Positions 37,191 through 46,303 of a DNA stretch of 60,050 nt are shown here, in pieces. The stretch comes from an uncultured Burkholderiales bacterium (GTDB lineage Bacteria; Actinomycetota; Acidimicrobiia; IMCC26256; JACPCJ01): assembly GCA_964615175.1 (NCBI GenBank), contig CAZTOV010000002.1, positions 1 to 60,050 on the forward strand, in the 5' to 3' direction. Positions within the stretch are counted from its first letter, which is position 1; the number at the start of each line of letters is the position of its first letter. The position numbers and the translations under genes were made by a program. Under the pieces are notes generated by a model. That model was not told the origin of the DNA, ran no database searches, and saw only the letters and a list, made by a program, of their open reading frames with translations.

Positions 37191-38762
37191 ATGCGCAGCC
37201 AGGAGGAGTCGAGGATGACCAACGGGGAGTCGAAGACGGGAATGGGACACACGGCGGCGGTGTCGCTCGCTGCGGTCTCGATGGTGGTGGCGATCGCCGC
37301 CGTCGGCATCAGCGTCACCTCTGGCGACGACGGCGCCACGACCGGCGTAGCGACGACCGGCGGCGAGCAGGCGCGCGGGTTCGAGCCCGGCGAAGCTCAG
37401 GAACCCACGATCGACGAGGTGTCGCGCCACGCCACCGAACTCCCGCCGTCGGCCGACTACACGCGCTACGAGAACGGTGAGTACTCCGACTTCGTCGAGC
37501 GCGACGGGCCCATCACCCAGGAGGTCCACTTCCAGATCGATGAGGGTGTCGCCGAGGTGCTGCCGGGCACGACCGTCAATGCGTGGACCTTCGACGGTGC
37601 GGTGCCCGGGCCGATGCTCCGCACCCAGGTGGGTGACACCGTCGACTTCTTCCTCCACAACCCCGAAGACAGCCAGATGCCGCACAACGTCGACTTCCAC
37701 GCGGTGACCGGCCCGGGCGGAGGTGCCGTGAAGCTCAACACGGCCCCCGGCGACACGAGCGAGTTGAAGGTCAAGATGCTCAACCCGGGGATCTACATCT
37801 ACCACTGCGCCTTCCCCGACATCCCCACCCACATCTCCCACGGGATGTACGGACTGATCGTGGTCGAGCCCGAAGGCGGGCTGCCCGAGGTGGACCACGA
37901 GTACTACGTGATGCAGCACGAGTGGTACACGAACGCGGGCGGTGACATGGGCATCAGCCGGCTCGAGGACGTGGGACACCTGGAGTTCTCCGGCGCCCAC
38001 GGCAACCTCGAGGAGCCCACCTTCGTGCCCTTCAACGGCCGGCCGGGTGCCCTCGCCGGCGATCGGGCCCTCGGGGTCTTCGGCGGCGACGCGGTGCAGC
38101 CGGGCCAGACGGTGCGGATGTTCGTCGGGAACATCGGACCCAACCTGATCTCGAGCTTCCACGTCATCGGCGAGATCTTCGACCGGGTCTACGTCGAAGG
38201 CTCGTTCGACCTCGTGAACCAGAACGTGCAGACCACCCTGGTGCCCTCCGGGGGTGCGGTCGGAGTGGAGTTCACCGTGGATGTGGGCGGCGACTACATC
38301 CTGGTCGACCACGCCATCTTCCGGGCCGTCCACAAGGGCGCCCTCGGAGTGCTCCACGTCGAGGGTGACCAGGATCCCGAGATCTACGATTCGATCACCT
38401 TCAGTGAGCAACTCGGTGGCGATGACGGCCACGGCGGTGACGGTGACGACGCTGATGCCGCCGATGCCGAACCGGCTGCCTCCGGCGACGGCACCGTGCG
38501 CCTGGGCGCACAGGACATCGCGTGGGCTCAGGACGAACTCACCGCTGCCGCCGGTGAGGTGACCTTCGAGATGGTCAACGAGGGTCAGACCATCCACAGT
38601 TTCGTGATCGAGGGTCGGGAGAGCGACCTGCGGCTCGAGGCCGCCTCCAACGGCGACACCGATTCCGGGTCCCTCGATCTCGAACCGGGCGAGTACGGCT
38701 TCTACTGCGACATCCCGGGCCACCAGGCCGCAGGGATGGAGGGAACGCTCACCGTGAGCTGA
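37191..38762 (+). CDS. nirK: Copper-containing nitrite reductase with a fused C-terminal cupredoxin
   Basis: PHNVDFHA, YHCA...HISHGMYG, SSFHVIGEIFD and LVDHA; an extra domain carries H...YCDIPGHQAAGM type-1 Cu ligands. The start may be the ATG at 37215 after the AGGAGGAG RBS. Confidence 0.9.
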   Translation: MRSQEESRMTNGESKTGMGHTAAVSLAAVSMVVAIAAVGISVTSGDDGATTGVATTGGEQARGFEPGEAQEPTIDEVSRHATELPPSADYTRYENGEYSDFVERDGPITQEVHFQIDEGVAEVLPGTTVNAWTFDGAVPGPMLRTQVGDTVDFFLHNPEDSQMPHNVDFHAVTGPGGGAVKLNTAPGDTSELKVKMLNPGIYIYHCAFPDIPTHISHGMYGLIVVEPEGGLPEVDHEYYVMQHEWYTNAGGDMGISRLEDVGHLEFSGAHGNLEEPTFVPFNGRPGALAGDRALGVFGGDAVQPGQTVRMFVGNIGPNLISSFHVIGEIFDRVYVEGSFDLVNQNVQTTLVPSGGAVGVEFTVDVGGDYILVDHAIFRAVHKGALGVLHVEGDQDPEIYDSITFSEQLGGDDGHGGDGDDADAADAEPAASGDGTVRLGAQDIAWAQDELTAAAGEVTFEMVNEGQTIHSFVIEGRESDLRLEAASNGDTDSGSLDLEPGEYGFYCDIPGHQAAGMEGTLTVS

Positions 38763-39495
38763 ACACCTGGTCTGCCAGCCGCCACCATTCGAGCGCTTCG
38801 AGGTGGCGGCGCTGGGAGGCAGAGGGGCGGATGGCGTCGACGGCCTCGGCGAGCCCGGGCCGCGACGCCATCCGTTCCGCGGGGGTGAGGATGCCGTACC
38901 CGAACAGCCCGGGCACCGTCACCAGGTCGAGGTCGAGCGCCGACTCGTCGACGAAGTCCTCGACCGCGGTGAGCACCCCGTTGCGGGGTCCGCCCTCGTG
39001 GGTGGCGTTGTGCTTCCCCGCGTTGAAGCCCCCGCCCTCCACGAGCTCGGAGCGTCCCGGCTCCATCCCGCCGGTGGCGAACGGTTGCCGGAACTCGTCG
39101 GGGATCCGCTCGGGCGCGTAGTAGAGGTCGCGGCGCCCGTAGGGCCAGCCGACGTCGTGGAGCAGCACCAGGGGATCGGTGGATCCGGGTGCTCCGAGGG
39201 CCTTCAGCTCGTGGAAGACCGTGTACCAGTTGTGATCGCCGTCGATCAGCGCCACGTCGACGTCGTCGATCTCGGCGAGGACCTCGAGGCTCGGGTCTGT
39301 GTGGACGTGAACGCCGGTGAGTTCGCTCGGGTCGAAGGCCGGCTCCGGGTCGATCGAGTGGATCGTCGCGTCGCCGCCGGCCCACTCGGCGAGCAGCCGG
39401 GTGTGCGCGCCTTCGAAGGCGCCGATCTCCACGATGACCTCGGGTTCGACGGCGTCGAGCAGCGGCCGGGTGAACGACTCCCAGAAGCGGAACAT
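38749..39495 (-). CDS. Class I SAM-dependent methyltransferase (Methyltransf_24-like)
   Basis: IVEIGAFEG, LIDGDHNWYTV and LLHD motifs. Confidence 0.8.
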   Translation of the reverse strand: MFRFWESFTRPLLDAVEPEVIVEIGAFEGAHTRLLAEWAGGDATIHSIDPEPAFDPSELTGVHVHTDPSLEVLAEIDDVDVALIDGDHNWYTVFHELKALGAPGSTDPLVLLHDVGWPYGRRDLYYAPERIPDEFRQPFATGGMEPGRSELVEGGGFNAGKHNATHEGGPRNGVLTAVEDFVDESALDLDLVTVPGLFGYGILTPAERMASRPGLAEAVDAIRPSASQRRHLEALEWWRLADQVFSSR

Positions 39496-39531
39496 TCCGG
39501 GAGCGTGCCACACCCACCCGCTGTCCACCGT

Positions 39532-39578
39532 GTCTCTGGCGCGTTGAGGGGAAGGAGTCCCCTCAACGCGCCACAGAC
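39532..39578. repeat. Intergenic REP-like palindrome
   Basis: GTCTCTGGCGCGTTGAGGGGA-AGGAG-TCCCCTCAACGCGCCACAGAC (21-bp arms, one mismatch). Confidence 0.7.
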
Positions 39579-39649
39579 GCTCGGATGGGCGCGGCGCCGG
39601 TTGGGCTCGTAGCCTCGGGGAGCATCATGACCGTCGAGGAGGTCTTCGC

Positions 39650-40129
39650 ATGACGGCGTTCCCGGAAGCGGCCGACCAGGTGCTCCGCGCCGCGCTGGTC
39701 GCCGAACTCACCGTGGTCGGTGACCGCGGCCCCACGACCTACCCGCTGATCCCGCTCTGGGACGGCGAGCGGATCTTCATGACCTCGAGCGTGCTCTTCA
39801 GCCGGAAGCTCGAGCACCTGAAGGGCGACCCACGCGTGGCCGTGAGCGTCACCGACGCCACGGCGACGCCCGGTGTCGACGTCTTCCACCCGATCACGGT
39901 GCAGGGAGACGCCCGGGTGATCGAGGACGACCCCCACGAGGGCTGGATGTCGCTGCTCCCGCTCTGGCGGGAGAAGGAGCCGGTGATCGACAAGTTCGTG
40001 AAGCAACGCTTCGCCCTCCCGCTGTTCTTCGAGCGCTCGATCATCGAGATCACGCCGCGCAAGGTCCTGGTGTGGCCCCCCGACGGCGGGAGCCCCGAGG
40101 TCACGACCCTCGAGGAGGTGGCGGCATGA
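39650..40129 (+). CDS. Pyridoxamine 5'-phosphate oxidase-like split-barrel protein (flavin/F420-binding)
   Basis: SRKLEHLKGDPRVAVSV, TVQGDARV and IIEITP motifs. Confidence 0.8.
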   Translation: MTAFPEAADQVLRAALVAELTVVGDRGPTTYPLIPLWDGERIFMTSSVLFSRKLEHLKGDPRVAVSVTDATATPGVDVFHPITVQGDARVIEDDPHEGWMSLLPLWREKEPVIDKFVKQRFALPLFFERSIIEITPRKVLVWPPDGGSPEVTTLEEVAA

Positions 40130-41472
40130 GCCCGGCGACCGTCCTCGATGCCGGGCGTCTCGAGCGCCTCGAGACCGACTTCGACCACGCGGTCGTGTCG
40201 TGGCTCGACGCCGACGGCTACCCGATCAACGCCCCCACGGCATTCCGCGTCGACGCCGGCGCCGACACCGTGCATCTCGATGCGCTCGACGTGCCCGAGC
40301 CTCCGAAGGCGGGCACCGAGGTGCTCGTGACCTTCAGCCACGTGCGGCCGCAACCGGGTGTCGGTTACGACGAGCGGCGGTACGTGAACGTTCGGGGTGT
40401 GCTCCGCGTGGCGGGCGACGGCTACGCCCTCGAGGCCACCCGGACCACCGGCTGGGACGAGGCCGAGGTGCCGTTCTTCGAGTACTGCGAGCGCAACGTG
40501 GCGCGCGGCCTCGACTACCTGCGCCGGATCTCCGAGGAGCAGGGGGCCGACTTCAAGCCCCGGCTCTCACGCTTCTGGACGTTCTTCACCGCCACCCGGA
40601 TGCCGTTCCTCACCGCCACCCTGGTGCCGGTGATGCTCGGCGCGGTGGTGGCGCGGGCGCACGGCTTCACCGCCTGGTGGCTGGTGGTGTTGGCCCTCGT
40701 CGGAGCCTCGTGTATCCACCTCGGGCTCAACGTGCTCAACGACGTCTTCGACGCCGACAGCGGCGCGGACGACGCCAACGTCACCCCGACACCCTTCAGC
40801 GGCGGGTCGAGGGTCATCCAGCACGGGATCGTGTCGCACCGGGCGATGTGGGCAGCGGCGACGGCGTTCTTCGTCGCCGGCTCCGGCATCGGTGTCGGGC
40901 TCGCCATGACCCGCGGTATCGAGATCCTCTGGCTCGGTGTTGCCGGAGTGTTCCTCTCGATCTTCTACACGGCGCCGCCGCTCAAGCTGGTGTACCGGGG
41001 TCTCGGTGACGTCGCCGTGGCGGCCGGATTCGGCCCGATCATGCTGCTCGGCACCTACTTCGTCGTCGCCCAGCGGTTCACCGCCGAGGCGATCGTGGTG
41101 TCGATCCCGGTGGCGATCCTGATCATGCTGGTGCTGTACGTGAACCAGATTCCCGACCGCCACGGCGACGCGGCGGCGGGGAAGCGCACGGTGGCGGTAC
41201 GGCTCTCGCAGGACGTCATCGTCACCGGCTACGCGCTCTTCGCCGGGGGCGCTTTCGCCGTGATCGTGGGCGGCGTGGCGGCCGGGGCGCTGACGGCGTG
41301 GACGCTGCTGGCGTTGGCTCCGGCGGCGTTGATCCCCAAGATCCACCGGGGACTGCGCGACCACTACGACGAGCCCTACGAGCTGATGGGCGCCATGGGC
41401 CTCAACATCGGCCTCCATGCCCTGACCGGCGTCGCCCTCATCCTCGCCTACGTCCTCGAGATCGCCGTCTGA
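40126..41472 (+). CDS. UbiA-family prenyltransferase (MenA-like) with an N-terminal split-barrel-like domain
   Basis: C-terminal ~300 aa has TRMPFL, NVLNDVFD, PFSGGSRV and NQIPDRHGDAAAGKRT; N-terminal ~140 aa (VSWLDADGYP...YVNVRG) is PNPOx-like. Confidence 0.8.
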   Translation: MSPATVLDAGRLERLETDFDHAVVSWLDADGYPINAPTAFRVDAGADTVHLDALDVPEPPKAGTEVLVTFSHVRPQPGVGYDERRYVNVRGVLRVAGDGYALEATRTTGWDEAEVPFFEYCERNVARGLDYLRRISEEQGADFKPRLSRFWTFFTATRMPFLTATLVPVMLGAVVARAHGFTAWWLVVLALVGASCIHLGLNVLNDVFDADSGADDANVTPTPFSGGSRVIQHGIVSHRAMWAAATAFFVAGSGIGVGLAMTRGIEILWLGVAGVFLSIFYTAPPLKLVYRGLGDVAVAAGFGPIMLLGTYFVVAQRFTAEAIVVSIPVAILIMLVLYVNQIPDRHGDAAAGKRTVAVRLSQDVIVTGYALFAGGAFAVIVGGVAAGALTAWTLLALAPAALIPKIHRGLRDHYDEPYELMGAMGLNIGLHALTGVALILAYVLEIAV

Positions 41473-41476
41473 CCGT

Positions 41477-41522
41477 GTCTCAGTCGCGTTTGCGCGACGG
41501 AATCGCGCCACGCGACTGAGAC
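41477..41522. repeat. Intergenic REP-like palindrome / terminator
   Basis: GTCTCAGTCGCGT ... ACGCGACTGAGAC directly after the prenyltransferase stop. Confidence 0.65.
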
Positions 41523-41660
41523 GCTCGAATCACCGTCGACCAACCCACGTTGAGTGGGTCTGCCACGCAGCGTTGATGCGTGTCTCACAGGCCGTGTTTG
41601 TCGTCACAAATCAGGGTCAAAAATCGCGACGTCAGGCCGGTTGCGGCGTAGAACATATGT

Positions 41661-42398
41661 ATGCGCGAGCAACTTCCAACCGATGGTGCGCAGGGCCTGA
41701 CCCTGGCGCTGCGTGAGGCCGACGACCTGGTCGCCGACCTGCTCGATCTCGCGCTCGCAGCCACCGGCGCCGACCGGGTCGCCCTGCTCCTCCTCGACGA
41801 CGACGGCACCCTCCGGTGTCGCTCCCAGACCGGCGAGGTCGTCGACGACGACCCGGCGGCAGTGGCTGTCGCCGGGCTCGTCCGCGACGCGCTCGAGGGC
41901 GACGACCCCGTGCTCGTCGCGACGACGAGGTTCCGGCGCTTCCCCCCGGAGTGGCGCGCATCGCTGGGGGCCCGCTCCGCCATCCTGGCGCCGCTGCCTA
42001 CGCCTGACGGCCCTCTCGGCCTGCTCGCCTTCGGGTGGGACGAACGACGCGCCGGCAACGCCGCCATGGCGCCTGCTGCGCAGAGCGCCGCATCGGTCGC
42101 CCGGGTACTCGATGCCGCCATCGAGGCCGAAGTCGAGCGGAGCCGGTCGATCTGGCGGGAGATGGCCCTCGACGTCGGCCGCGAGCCCACCGGTCGAGCA
42201 TTGGCCGCCATCTACCTGCGCGCCGGCCTCCTCCGGCTCGGTATGGAGGAAGGGGAGCTGGCCGACGACGCCGCCGAGATCGAGCGGCTGGCGCGCTCCG
42301 GGCTCGCGGCCCTGCGCCGGTCGGAGGAGTCACTCGGCGGCGGTGGCAGCCTGTCCGAAGAGCTGTTCCAGGCACTTCTCGAACTCACCGACGACTGA
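41661..42398 (+). CDS. GAF domain protein with a degenerate HisKA_3-like helical tail
   Basis: ATGADRVALLL and SAILAPL...PLGLLAFG GAF pattern; no ATPase domain. Confidence 0.65.
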   Translation: MREQLPTDGAQGLTLALREADDLVADLLDLALAATGADRVALLLLDDDGTLRCRSQTGEVVDDDPAAVAVAGLVRDALEGDDPVLVATTRFRRFPPEWRASLGARSAILAPLPTPDGPLGLLAFGWDERRAGNAAMAPAAQSAASVARVLDAAIEAEVERSRSIWREMALDVGREPTGRALAAIYLRAGLLRLGMEEGELADDAAEIERLARSGLAALRRSEESLGGGGSLSEELFQALLELTDD

Positions 42399-42426
42399 GC
42401 ATCGGCCGAAGGCCGAAGGCCCGCGG

Positions 42427-42951
42427 CTACAGGGTCGGGTCCTCGAAGGTGATGTGACCGAGCGTCCACGTCGCCGATCCGGACGCGCAGCTCCCAGAAC
42501 CCTGGCGGGTGAACGTGCCTGCTCCCGCAAAGCTCAGTCCCTTGATCAACGCCGTCGCCGTCGGGTTGAGCGTCTGAGGACCCGAAGCACCGTCGACGAT
42601 CATGACCACGTCGGGGAAGCTGTCGGTGCTGTTGCCGTGGACGGCGACGGTCACGGCGCCGCTGAATCCGCGGACGGCGCTTCCGCTGCACTGGAGCTTG
42701 ACGTTGGGAGCGGTGATCTGGATGGTGGCGGTCTGGGCGGCATTGGCGACGATGTTCGGTCCGACGTACTCGGTGACCGCGCAGAACCCGCCGCTCGGCG
42801 TGGTGAGTTGGCCGCCGTCCACCTTGATCGTGACGGCGTTACAGGACCCGGCGATCACACCGGCAGACGAAGCCTCACTCGGCGTCGTCACCCCGAAGGT
42901 GCCGGCAAGAAGGAGCCCGGCGATCACGGTCGAAAGCTGTTTCAGTCGCAT
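42427..42951 (-). CDS. Secreted hypothetical beta-rich protein
   Basis: Signal peptide MRLKQLSTVIAGLLLAG..., four Cys; overlaps the sigma gene stop. Confidence 0.7.
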   Translation of the reverse strand: MRLKQLSTVIAGLLLAGTFGVTTPSEASSAGVIAGSCNAVTIKVDGGQLTTPSGGFCAVTEYVGPNIVANAAQTATIQITAPNVKLQCSGSAVRGFSGAVTVAVHGNSTDSFPDVVMIVDGASGPQTLNPTATALIKGLSFAGAGTFTRQGSGSCASGSATWTLGHITFEDPTL

Positions 42952-44897
42952 GACGGGTCCCAGGTCGCGCCCCGGTCTTCGGAGCAGTAGATGTCGCCGC
43001 CGGCCTGAGCCAACGGGGCGGCCAGCAGCCGGCCGCCGGGGAGAACGGTGACGTTGGCGACGCCGTCAACGAGCGGGGTGCCCTCGCCCAGGACGGTCCC
43101 GCTCTGGCCGTCGTCGTCCGAGCGGAGCACTCCGGCCGCACCTCCCGACGGGCTGTGTGTCGCCGCGTAGACCACACCGGCACCGCTCGAGGTCACGCCG
43201 GAGACATGGAGGCCGCCGGGAAGCGGGGTCGCCGAGAACGTGAGCGCTCCGTCGATGGAGCGACGCATCTGGGAGCCTCCCCATGCCAACACGGTGTCGG
43301 AGCCGTTGACGACGGTCACCGCCGGCGGGCGTTCGAGCCCGGGGAGATTCGTCGACTCGATGCACGAGTCCTCTGAGAGTGCGTAGCGGCAACGGAACAC
43401 GGCGGCTTCGAAGTCGTCGGACCCGGCCGTTGCGGATCCGACGATCAGACGGCCCGAGGACGGGTAGCCGGTTTCGAACGCGAAGTACGAGGATGGCGAC
43501 GAGGGCGGCCCGACCAGGGGCGTCGCTGACCGGGTGGCGTCGTCCCAGACCAGCGCCGGGCCTGATCCGATGAAGACCCGCTCGTCGCCCGTGGCGAAGT
43601 CGGGGGAGAGGGCGAGCGGGGCCGGGCCCGTCGCGAGCGCCAATTCGAACGTCTCGCCCCCGTCACGCGAAACGCTCAGGCCCTCCTCGCCGACGGCGAA
43701 GATGCGAGGATCGCTCGGGTAGCCGGGCGCTGCCACCACCGTCGTGCCGGTGATCCCTTCGGCCGGAAGTCGTTCCCACGTGGAGCCGCCGTCCAACGAG
43801 CGGAAGAGGACGGTGCATCCGACGACGCAGCCCGGTCGACGGGTGCCGGCGGCGAGGACTGCATTTCCGTCGTTGCTCACCGCGAACGACGTGAACGTGG
43901 CATCGTCGGTGCTCTCCACGTCGTCGGGCGGTACGAGGACGTCGACGGCGGCCGAACCGGGCACGGGTTCGTCGAGCGGCGAAGACGGCCCGGTTTCGGG
44001 AGACGGGTTGCCGGGTCCCGCCGGCGCGCCGGCGTCGGCGTGCTCGGATGCTGCCGAGGTGGCCCCGCTCGGAGCGAGCGCCGCGGCGTCCGGGTCGGGT
44101 GTGTCGGTTCGGGGCTCGTCATCGACCGCGACGGGAGTGACACCGACCGCCACGCCGACGATCCCCGCCGTGATGATCTCACCCACGCGATCGAGCGGAG
44201 CGGACGAGAATGCCTGTTGCAACCGGACGTTGACCGACTGGGTCTTCCGGCGGAGCCACAGCATGGCGCCGGCGAGGGGAGCGGCGGCCGGTACCCCGAC
44301 GTCCTGGGTGATGGCGGTCCGAAGCTTCGCCCGTGCCCGCACCAACACCGAGCGCACCGAATGGACGGTCGATCCGTCCTCGTCCGCGAGGTCGGAGAGC
44401 GACAGGCCATCGTGCACTTGGAGCTGGAGGAGCCGGCGCTCGCGGTCGTTGAGCACACGCAGGGCTTCGCCGACCTCGCCCATGGCCTCATCGAGTTCGG
44501 CCCGCGCCTCGGGGCTCTCGTTGTCGGGGATCTCGTCCTCGGGCATGAACTCGAGGGGCGAGACCCGTTTGCGGGCCCGGATCTCATCGAGGCTGCGGCG
44601 ACGGGCCACCGTCGCCAGCCACGGCATCAGCGAGGGGCGGTCTTCGAGCTTGTCGACGTGCTTCAGCGCCCGAAGGTAGGTCTCTTGGACCATGTCATCG
44701 GCGGTGGCCGGATCGCCGACGATCTTGGCGCAGATCCGGTGCAGCTCGGCACGGTGCTCTTCCCAGAGCGCTTCGATGTCGACGTTACCGACGTCGAGGG
44801 ACTCTTCAGCCGTGAGGTCGACGTCGACGTCGTCGCCGCTCGCGTCGAGCGCCGCCGCGCTCTCGCGGTCGGTGTTCCTCGACGCCCGGATCGCCAT
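42942..44897 (-). CDS. ECF sigma factor fused to a TM segment and an extracellular BNR/beta-propeller domain
   Basis: Region 2 ADDMVQETYLRA / PWLATVARR; region 4 LNDRERRLL...VRSVLVRARAKL; hydrophobic IITAGIVGVAVGV; Asp-box repeats SLDGGSTW, SRDGGETF, SIDGALTF, SDDDGQS and SEDRGATW. Confidence 0.85.
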   Translation of the reverse strand: MAIRASRNTDRESAAALDASGDDVDVDLTAEESLDVGNVDIEALWEEHRAELHRICAKIVGDPATADDMVQETYLRALKHVDKLEDRPSLMPWLATVARRRSLDEIRARKRVSPLEFMPEDEIPDNESPEARAELDEAMGEVGEALRVLNDRERRLLQLQVHDGLSLSDLADEDGSTVHSVRSVLVRARAKLRTAITQDVGVPAAAPLAGAMLWLRRKTQSVNVRLQQAFSSAPLDRVGEIITAGIVGVAVGVTPVAVDDEPRTDTPDPDAAALAPSGATSAASEHADAGAPAGPGNPSPETGPSSPLDEPVPGSAAVDVLVPPDDVESTDDATFTSFAVSNDGNAVLAAGTRRPGCVVGCTVLFRSLDGGSTWERLPAEGITGTTVVAAPGYPSDPRIFAVGEEGLSVSRDGGETFELALATGPAPLALSPDFATGDERVFIGSGPALVWDDATRSATPLVGPPSSPSSYFAFETGYPSSGRLIVGSATAGSDDFEAAVFRCRYALSEDSCIESTNLPGLERPPAVTVVNGSDTVLAWGGSQMRRSIDGALTFSATPLPGGLHVSGVTSSGAGVVYAATHSPSGGAAGVLRSDDDGQSGTVLGEGTPLVDGVANVTVLPGGRLLAAPLAQAGGDIYCSEDRGATWDPSCD

Positions 44898-45214
44898 CCG
44901 TTCTCTCCTGTCGCACGGCGAAGGGCCGACCTCTTCTTGGGCCGGCTCTCCTGGTTTCCACACGCCAGGATCCGGGTGATCGCGGAGGAAATTCGGGCAA
45001 AAGCCCTTTCTCCCCGACCAGCACCGTCCACGGTCAGGCGTTCGTTGGGGTGACCAATTCGCCACGAGGCGTCGATCACCGCCCACACAGCGTAGTTCGG
45101 TCACCCGCTTCTGCCCAGTCCGCTTCTGCGCACTCCGCGGTTGCACGCGGTTACACGCGGTTACCAGGCCCGCGTGGTCGCGATCGTGATCGCTTCCGGG
45201 TGTGGAGGTGACGA

Positions 45215-46303
45215 ATGGCCAAGTTGCGCGTCCTCATCATCACCGTGGTCCTCGTCGCGGTCGTCCACCAGCCGGTGGCTCGGGGGGCCGTGGCTCCCGA
45301 ACCCTTCGAAGATCGGCAGTGGAACGTCGAGCGGCTCGAGGCGCGCCCGGCGTGGCAGCTCGGCGTCGACGGGTCGGGTGCGGTCGTCGCGGTGATCGAC
45401 ACCGGGGTCGACGTCGATCACCCGGAGTTCCCGGCGTCGAAGCTGGTCTGGCCGGCGAACTGCATCGATGCCGCCGAGCACGCCGAGTGTGTTCGGGGCT
45501 CGGACGCGGCCGACGACGATCACGGCCACGGCACCCACGTCGCCGGTATCGTCGCTGCCCCCCTCGACGGCATCGGCATTGCCGGCGTGGCGCCGGGAGC
45601 CCGGATCATGCCTGTCAAGGTCCTCGACGGTGAGGGGACGGGGACCTCTCGCGATGTCGCCAGCGGCGTTCGCTACGCCGCCGCCCACGGTGCCGACGTC
45701 ATCAACCTCAGCCTGTCCCAACTCCCGGTCGTTGCTCAGCTCTCGGCAATGGGCGTGCTCGATCGCGACCTTGCTCGCGCGATCGATGACGCCGGCGATC
45801 AGGGCGTGCTGGTGGTCGTGGCCGCGGGGAACGACAGCTTCCCGATCTGCTCCCACAAGGTCTTCGTCACCGGCGAAGGAATCTGCGTGGGCGCGACCGA
45901 CGCCAGGAATCTGAAGGCGCCGTACTCGAACTTCGGCAGCGGAACGGATGTCGTGGCTCCCGGAGGCTGGGGAACCGCAGGGTCGTGGTTCCCGCGACCG
46001 TGTCGTGAGCGGGTCCTGTCGACACACCCGACGGAAGGCGCAGGGTCGTGTAGTGACGGCAGGTCGGGATATGCCATGCGTGCCGGAACCTCGATGGCCG
46101 CACCGCACGTCGCCGGGGTGGGAGCGCTGCTCGCGTCGTCGACGCCGCCCATCACGGGCCCGGACGCGGCCCACCGGATCAGAGCAACCACCGTCGACCT
46201 CGGTGCCTTGGGATACGACCCCGTGTACGGCTACGGGCTCGTCAACGCTCGTCGGGCGGTGGAAGGCGACACCGGGTTCTCCTGGCGCCCGATCGGATCA
46301 TGA
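45215..46303 (+). CDS. Secreted S8 (subtilisin-like) serine peptidase
   Basis: VAVIDTG, HGTHVAG, AAGN and GTSMAAPHVAG catalytic motifs. Confidence 0.93.
   Translation: MAKLRVLIITVVLVAVVHQPVARGAVAPEPFEDRQWNVERLEARPAWQLGVDGSGAVVAVIDTGVDVDHPEFPASKLVWPANCIDAAEHAECVRGSDAADDDHGHGTHVAGIVAAPLDGIGIAGVAPGARIMPVKVLDGEGTGTSRDVASGVRYAAAHGADVINLSLSQLPVVAQLSAMGVLDRDLARAIDDAGDQGVLVVVAAGNDSFPICSHKVFVTGEGICVGATDARNLKAPYSNFGSGTDVVAPGGWGTAGSWFPRPCRERVLSTHPTEGAGSCSDGRSGYAMRAGTSMAAPHVAGVGALLASSTPPITGPDAAHRIRATTVDLGALGYDPVYGYGLVNARRAVEGDTGFSWRPIGS

Noticed and set aside
41573..41608. Crp/Fnr-like sites upstream of the GAF gene
   Set aside because: Only TCACA half-sites match well; too weak to call.
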